Shown: positions 59,825 to 64,000 of the stretch, one piece after another
Layout of the letters: each line of letters starts with the position of its first letter
Numbering within the stretch: position 1 is the stretch's first letter
NCBI GenBank assembly: GCA_013265495.1
Contig: MU058824.1
Location: forward strand, 1,949,111 to 2,013,110
Direction of reading: 5' to 3'
DNA length: 64,000 bases
DNA from: Vicugna vicugna
Lineage: Eukaryota
Position numbers and translations under genes: made by a program
Notes under the pieces: model-generated
Databases searched by the model: none
Told to the model about the DNA's origin: nothing
Seen by the model: only the letters and a program-made list of their open reading frames with translations

Positions 59825-62738
59825 GGGCCGAGACCCGAGTAACCTCCCTAGGCTCTGCGTGGTTCTGGTCCCACCCCACCCAGATGTGGCTGGTCTATGG
59901 CCGCCTCTCTAAGCCTCCCATTCTCTCCTCCACCAGTCATGCCCTGCGTTTTAAACAGTTCTCCTAGGTAGGCGAGTTTCAAACATGCTCTAAACACAGG
60001 TCCTCTTGCTGCTGTCTCATGGGAACCCCCCTCACCCCCCAGCACTTACACTACACTGCTTTTAGTCCAGGTTCCTAAAAGGGCATACCCACAAGGTGAG
60101 CCCTAAGCATCCTGACGATGTTAGAATACATTATTCTCAGCCTCAGAACATTCTCCCTCATACAGCACCCAGAACTGCCTGGTACATAGTAGGCACACAA
60201 TAACTATGTGAATGAATGAGTCACTAAGACTCTTCTATCCCTGAATGTCCCTTGGATCTGCTTCCTCCTCTCCACTCTACTTCAGCTTGTCCATGTCACC
60301 TCCCTTAAAAGCAGCTGCCAAGAGCTTCTTATTGTCTCCTGGCTTGAACCCTTCCCAATGCTCATCCTCCACCCTACTGCCAGAATGTTCTGCCTGAAAC
60401 CTCACTTAACCTCTCAGAACTATCAAAAGGTTCCCAACGACCACCGTGGGGGGGGGGGGAAGCACTTTACCTTAGCATTCAAGGTTTTTCTAGTCTGCCC
60501 CAAAGCTACTTTTCCTCATCTAGCTCCTTCTGCTCTTTTCAGAGACCCTCCAGTCAGAACTGTGTGTCACAGTTGCTCCTCTACACCGGTGTCTTTGCCA
60601 CTTCCTACACAAAACACGTTTATACAGGAAAGCCCTTTTTTCTTTTTTCCTGTCCATCTTCCCCAGGCTTAAATGCCCCAGGAAGTCTATAGAAGTCACA
60701 AGAATCTCTCTCTCTTACTATCAGATCCACAATCTGGGACATGTCTTTCCAATTAGATTGGAAGATTTCTAAGGGCAGCCATGTCCTACACCCTCCACAC
60801 CCTGAAAAGTTCAGAAAGTCCCTTCCCTCCCAGGCAGTGAATGAATGACCACCAGCTGGCTATCCCTGAATCACAGAACAGCTGAGATGGGAGGACCTCA
60901 CAGACCAGGCAGCCGGACCACGTTGCACATTTGGGGAGAATAAAGTCCTGCAAGAAAGTTACTTAAAGTCACCCACAGTGATTAAGGGCTTACCCACATA
61001 CCCCCAAGCATGCGTCTCATTTGCCACTTGGCCCAGCCCTTCAGGCCCAGCTTTCAACCTGGGAGATTTTACTGCTTACTCATTTCTCAGGGGATGTTGG
61101 GACGAAATCAGCAGGTGACAGTTGCTAAGCAACCACAGGCAGTTTTCCCAACTGTCTTAGAATCAAAAAGACATGAACTGTGAGTGGGGTTGGGGCATCG
61201 CTATGCTCCTCAGATCCAAGATGTTGGCAAGGAAACCCAGAGAGCCCTGTTTTCCAGGAAGCGATGGAAATAGAGAAGGCCACATCAGCAGGCCTTGCCA
61301 GGGAGGTCAGTGCGTCTAGCAGGGAAGGAAGGGCCTCCTTCCAGGGTCTGTGCTTCAGTTCTGAAGGCTCGGCACCTTGACTTGCTGAATTTGTTAGGTG
61401 GTTTTGAAGTTAGACTATGTTAAAGTATCTCCCTAGGTGCTCGGCAGGAGGCAGTGGCAGAGTGAAGAAAATGCAAAGCTGAATCCCCCTCAGGGTTTAA
61501 ACAGACTCTTGGTGCATTAATTAGTTTGAACTACATAAAGCTGCCAATTACCAATAGTTTTTGACCTAAAAAATGGCACTTTCCTGGGGGGCAATGTAAT
61601 ACAAGTAGACTACAAGGCAGAAGGAATCTCAAAAGCTGCTTTAGTTCTAACCAAATCATTTAAAACTCGAGCTTGGATAGATATCTAAGCGCTATGCTCT
61701 GGGAATCCTGAGAAAAGGGAAATTAATTCTACTTGAGATGGCCCAGAGCTGAATTCTGACAGGCAGAGGGCATTCCTGACAGAGGAAGATGGGTTCACTT
61801 GACCCCACATCTCTGTTCATCCCTGCAAACCAAGACTTGTTCCCAGACCCACAGCCTCAGGGGCCAAGTAAAAATACTTGCTTATTTTGTCAAGCACTGT
61901 TCTAATGCTTTACAACTATTAACTCATTTGATCCTTACATCATCTCTAGGAGGTAGAAAGTTATCCCAGTTGTACACAGAATGACTAATGTGCCCAAGAT
62001 CACACAGCTAATGGTGGAGCTGAAGCCCATGCTCATGCACCATGTTTGGGTGAACGCAGCTGGTCTCTAGCCAGTGCCTACCTGCTCTGGCCCCTCTCTT
62101 GTTAGGCCTGTGGTGCTTTGCTTTTGCCCAGTTACTCTGAGACTTGAGTCTGCCTTTGGATTACCTTCCTGGGGCTCTGAGATGAGTTCTTACACCTAGA
62201 AGGGGATTTGAGAGTTTGGGATGCATGTAGCAGAGCCAGAGCTGGACAAAGGGGTGAAAACTGGCTTTAACCAAATTCTGACCCTGTGCCGGGGCTGGTG
62301 CCAGCCAGAGAACTGTAGTTTTCATCCACAATCAGTTGTGACCTCAAGCTAGTCACTGTACTTATTGAGGCATCATCCATAAAGTGGGTTTAATGCCTAC
62401 CAGTGCTGTGAGGCTCAAATTAGCCAAAGGATATGAACTTGCTTTAAAAACTGCACAGGGCTGTACCATGCCAGGACCTATTAGCATCCCCAGCAAAGTC
62501 CTTGTTCTGCCTGGCACAGTGCGAGACAACCGATATTCCTAGCTGCCATCTGGCGGTAGCAGGAGCCTCCATGAATGTTCTCAACACGGGACAGAGTTCC
62601 CTTGGGGTCCATGTCTGTATAAGGGTTCTGATCACTTACTCTCCTTCAGACTTGAATCTACAGAAGTTTCTTTACTGAGCATAAACTGCTTGCAGATATT
62701 TTTAAGAGACAGCAATTGTCTAATATGTGGTTTGTTTT

Positions 62739-62744
62739 AATAAA
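62739..62744 (+). terminator. Candidate TRIM14 polyadenylation signal
   Basis: AATAAA after a U/GU-rich stretch, ~2.9 kb past the stop. Another AATAAA at ~60939 lies in MIR-like sequence. Confidence 0.5.
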
Positions 62745-64000
62745 ATACGAATACTGTCTCCTTTAACCATGTTCTTCACTGGAAGTTCATGTTGCTTCAA
62801 GTACACACAGCACCTAGGCCTGAGCAGGGCCTTGCTCACCTCCCACCCTCTCCACAACTCTCTCATAGTCAGCTGGTCCTTGGTTGACTATCTAGTGATG
62901 GAGAGTTAGTTCACTGTTTCTAAGGTAATTCACCAAGTTCTTGCTTATGTGGAAACAAATTCCTGCCTCCTGGGCTGTTCCTATCCAAGACAGTATTATG
63001 TAGCTTTTGGCAACTTTATAATCATCCTATAGCAACACTGAAGCCAATTTTTAGAGATTTCATGGACCCTCCCTTGCCTACTGTACCATCTCTTCTTTTT
63101 CTGCAATTCAACTTTGTCAGGGAGCAGGGGACAGTGATGACAGCCTGGTGGAGGCACAACCTCGCAGGAGGCACAGAGATGGCCCTGCACAGCCAGGGCC
63201 TGGTGGGCAGGAGGCTCTACTATGCAGAGGGGAGAGCCTGCCCAAGAAGCCAAGCTGCAAAGGAGGTGGGGTGGGTACGCATAAGAGTGGGGGGCAAGGT
63301 TGAGTCCACCATGTCCTGCTCTAAAGCCTTCTATGGCGCCCCATTACTTACAGAACAAAGTCAAATTCAGCAGGCTTTTAAGCCCTTGCTTCCTTTCTGA
63401 CCACCTTCCAAACCCTTTCTTTCCATGTGGCCATTCCCTGCCAAACCATCACCTGGACACACAGGGCACTTCCCATGCCCCGAATCCCACAATTCCTCAC
63501 TTGGTCACTTCTCAACATGCAAGGCTAAACTAAAGTGCTGCCTCCTCCAGGAGGGCTTCCCTGGCCAACATCTCTTCTCTCATTGCCATTCCGTAGCTCC
63601 CATGACTCTTGAAAAATATCTCAGCAATTCACAAATGCAGCATGCTATTAGTGGAGTTACCTGCACCCAACAGGCTGTCAACTCTCCAACAGGGTCCATC
63701 TGCTGCCTCTATGGGCCCAACAATGCATCTCCCACCTGGCAGGTGCTCCACATTCCCCAACTCCCTTGCCCATCTCACTGCATATGTCACTTTCTAGACC
63801 TGAGCTTCCCAACCTGAATGGGCCAGAGCTGTGCCCAGACATCCATCCTCTGCCCTCGGGGCCCAGCACAGCATGAAGGGGCCAGCTACTCCTGGCCGCA
63901 GGCAGCCCCGTACTTTACCCACACATGTCATACACAGGCTGTCGTTTTCTCTATGTGCCCTGGCGGGAAGCGTGTTCTGGACACTGGCCCTCCTTCACAG

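Noticed and set aside
62800..64000. Expected neighbouring NANS 3' exon on the minus strand (mammalian synteny)
   Set aside because: I could not recognise NANS coding sequence in the window; it probably lies just beyond the end.

Overview
Mammalian genomic DNA, not prokaryotic. The tRNA-derived SINEs and young L1 3' ends look camelid (inference). Two intact spliced genes lie head-to-tail on the + strand. CORO2A (coronin-2A) has 11 coding exons at 3434-28920 that join to 525 aa, with a ~2.8 kb 3' UTR; its main first exon is probably upstream of the window. TRIM14 has 6 coding exons at 33838-59824 that join to 445 aa (B-box, coiled coil, PRYSPRY, no RING), a CpG-island promoter with an ISRE, and a non-canonical GC donor on intron 2. 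The introns hold many L1, L2, MIR, MLT1, MER and SINE fragments, and TRIM14 intron 4 holds a decayed RPS3A processed pseudogene with target-site duplications (TSDs). The best-supported unusual structure is a young 5'-truncated L1 in TRIM14 intron 2 carrying a ~1.55 kb 3' transduction: a second poly(A), its own AATAAA, and a perfect 15-bp TSD around the whole 3.9 kb unit. Other leads are a 35-bp direct repeat bracketing TRIM14 exon 5, a possible internal promoter before the PRYSPRY exon, and a possible TATA-driven alternative first exon of CORO2A. I see no evidence of a wholly new biological system, and most short ORFs in the track are noise. Exon boundaries were read by hand; repeat family names are from pattern recognition and need RepeatMasker/Dfam confirmation.
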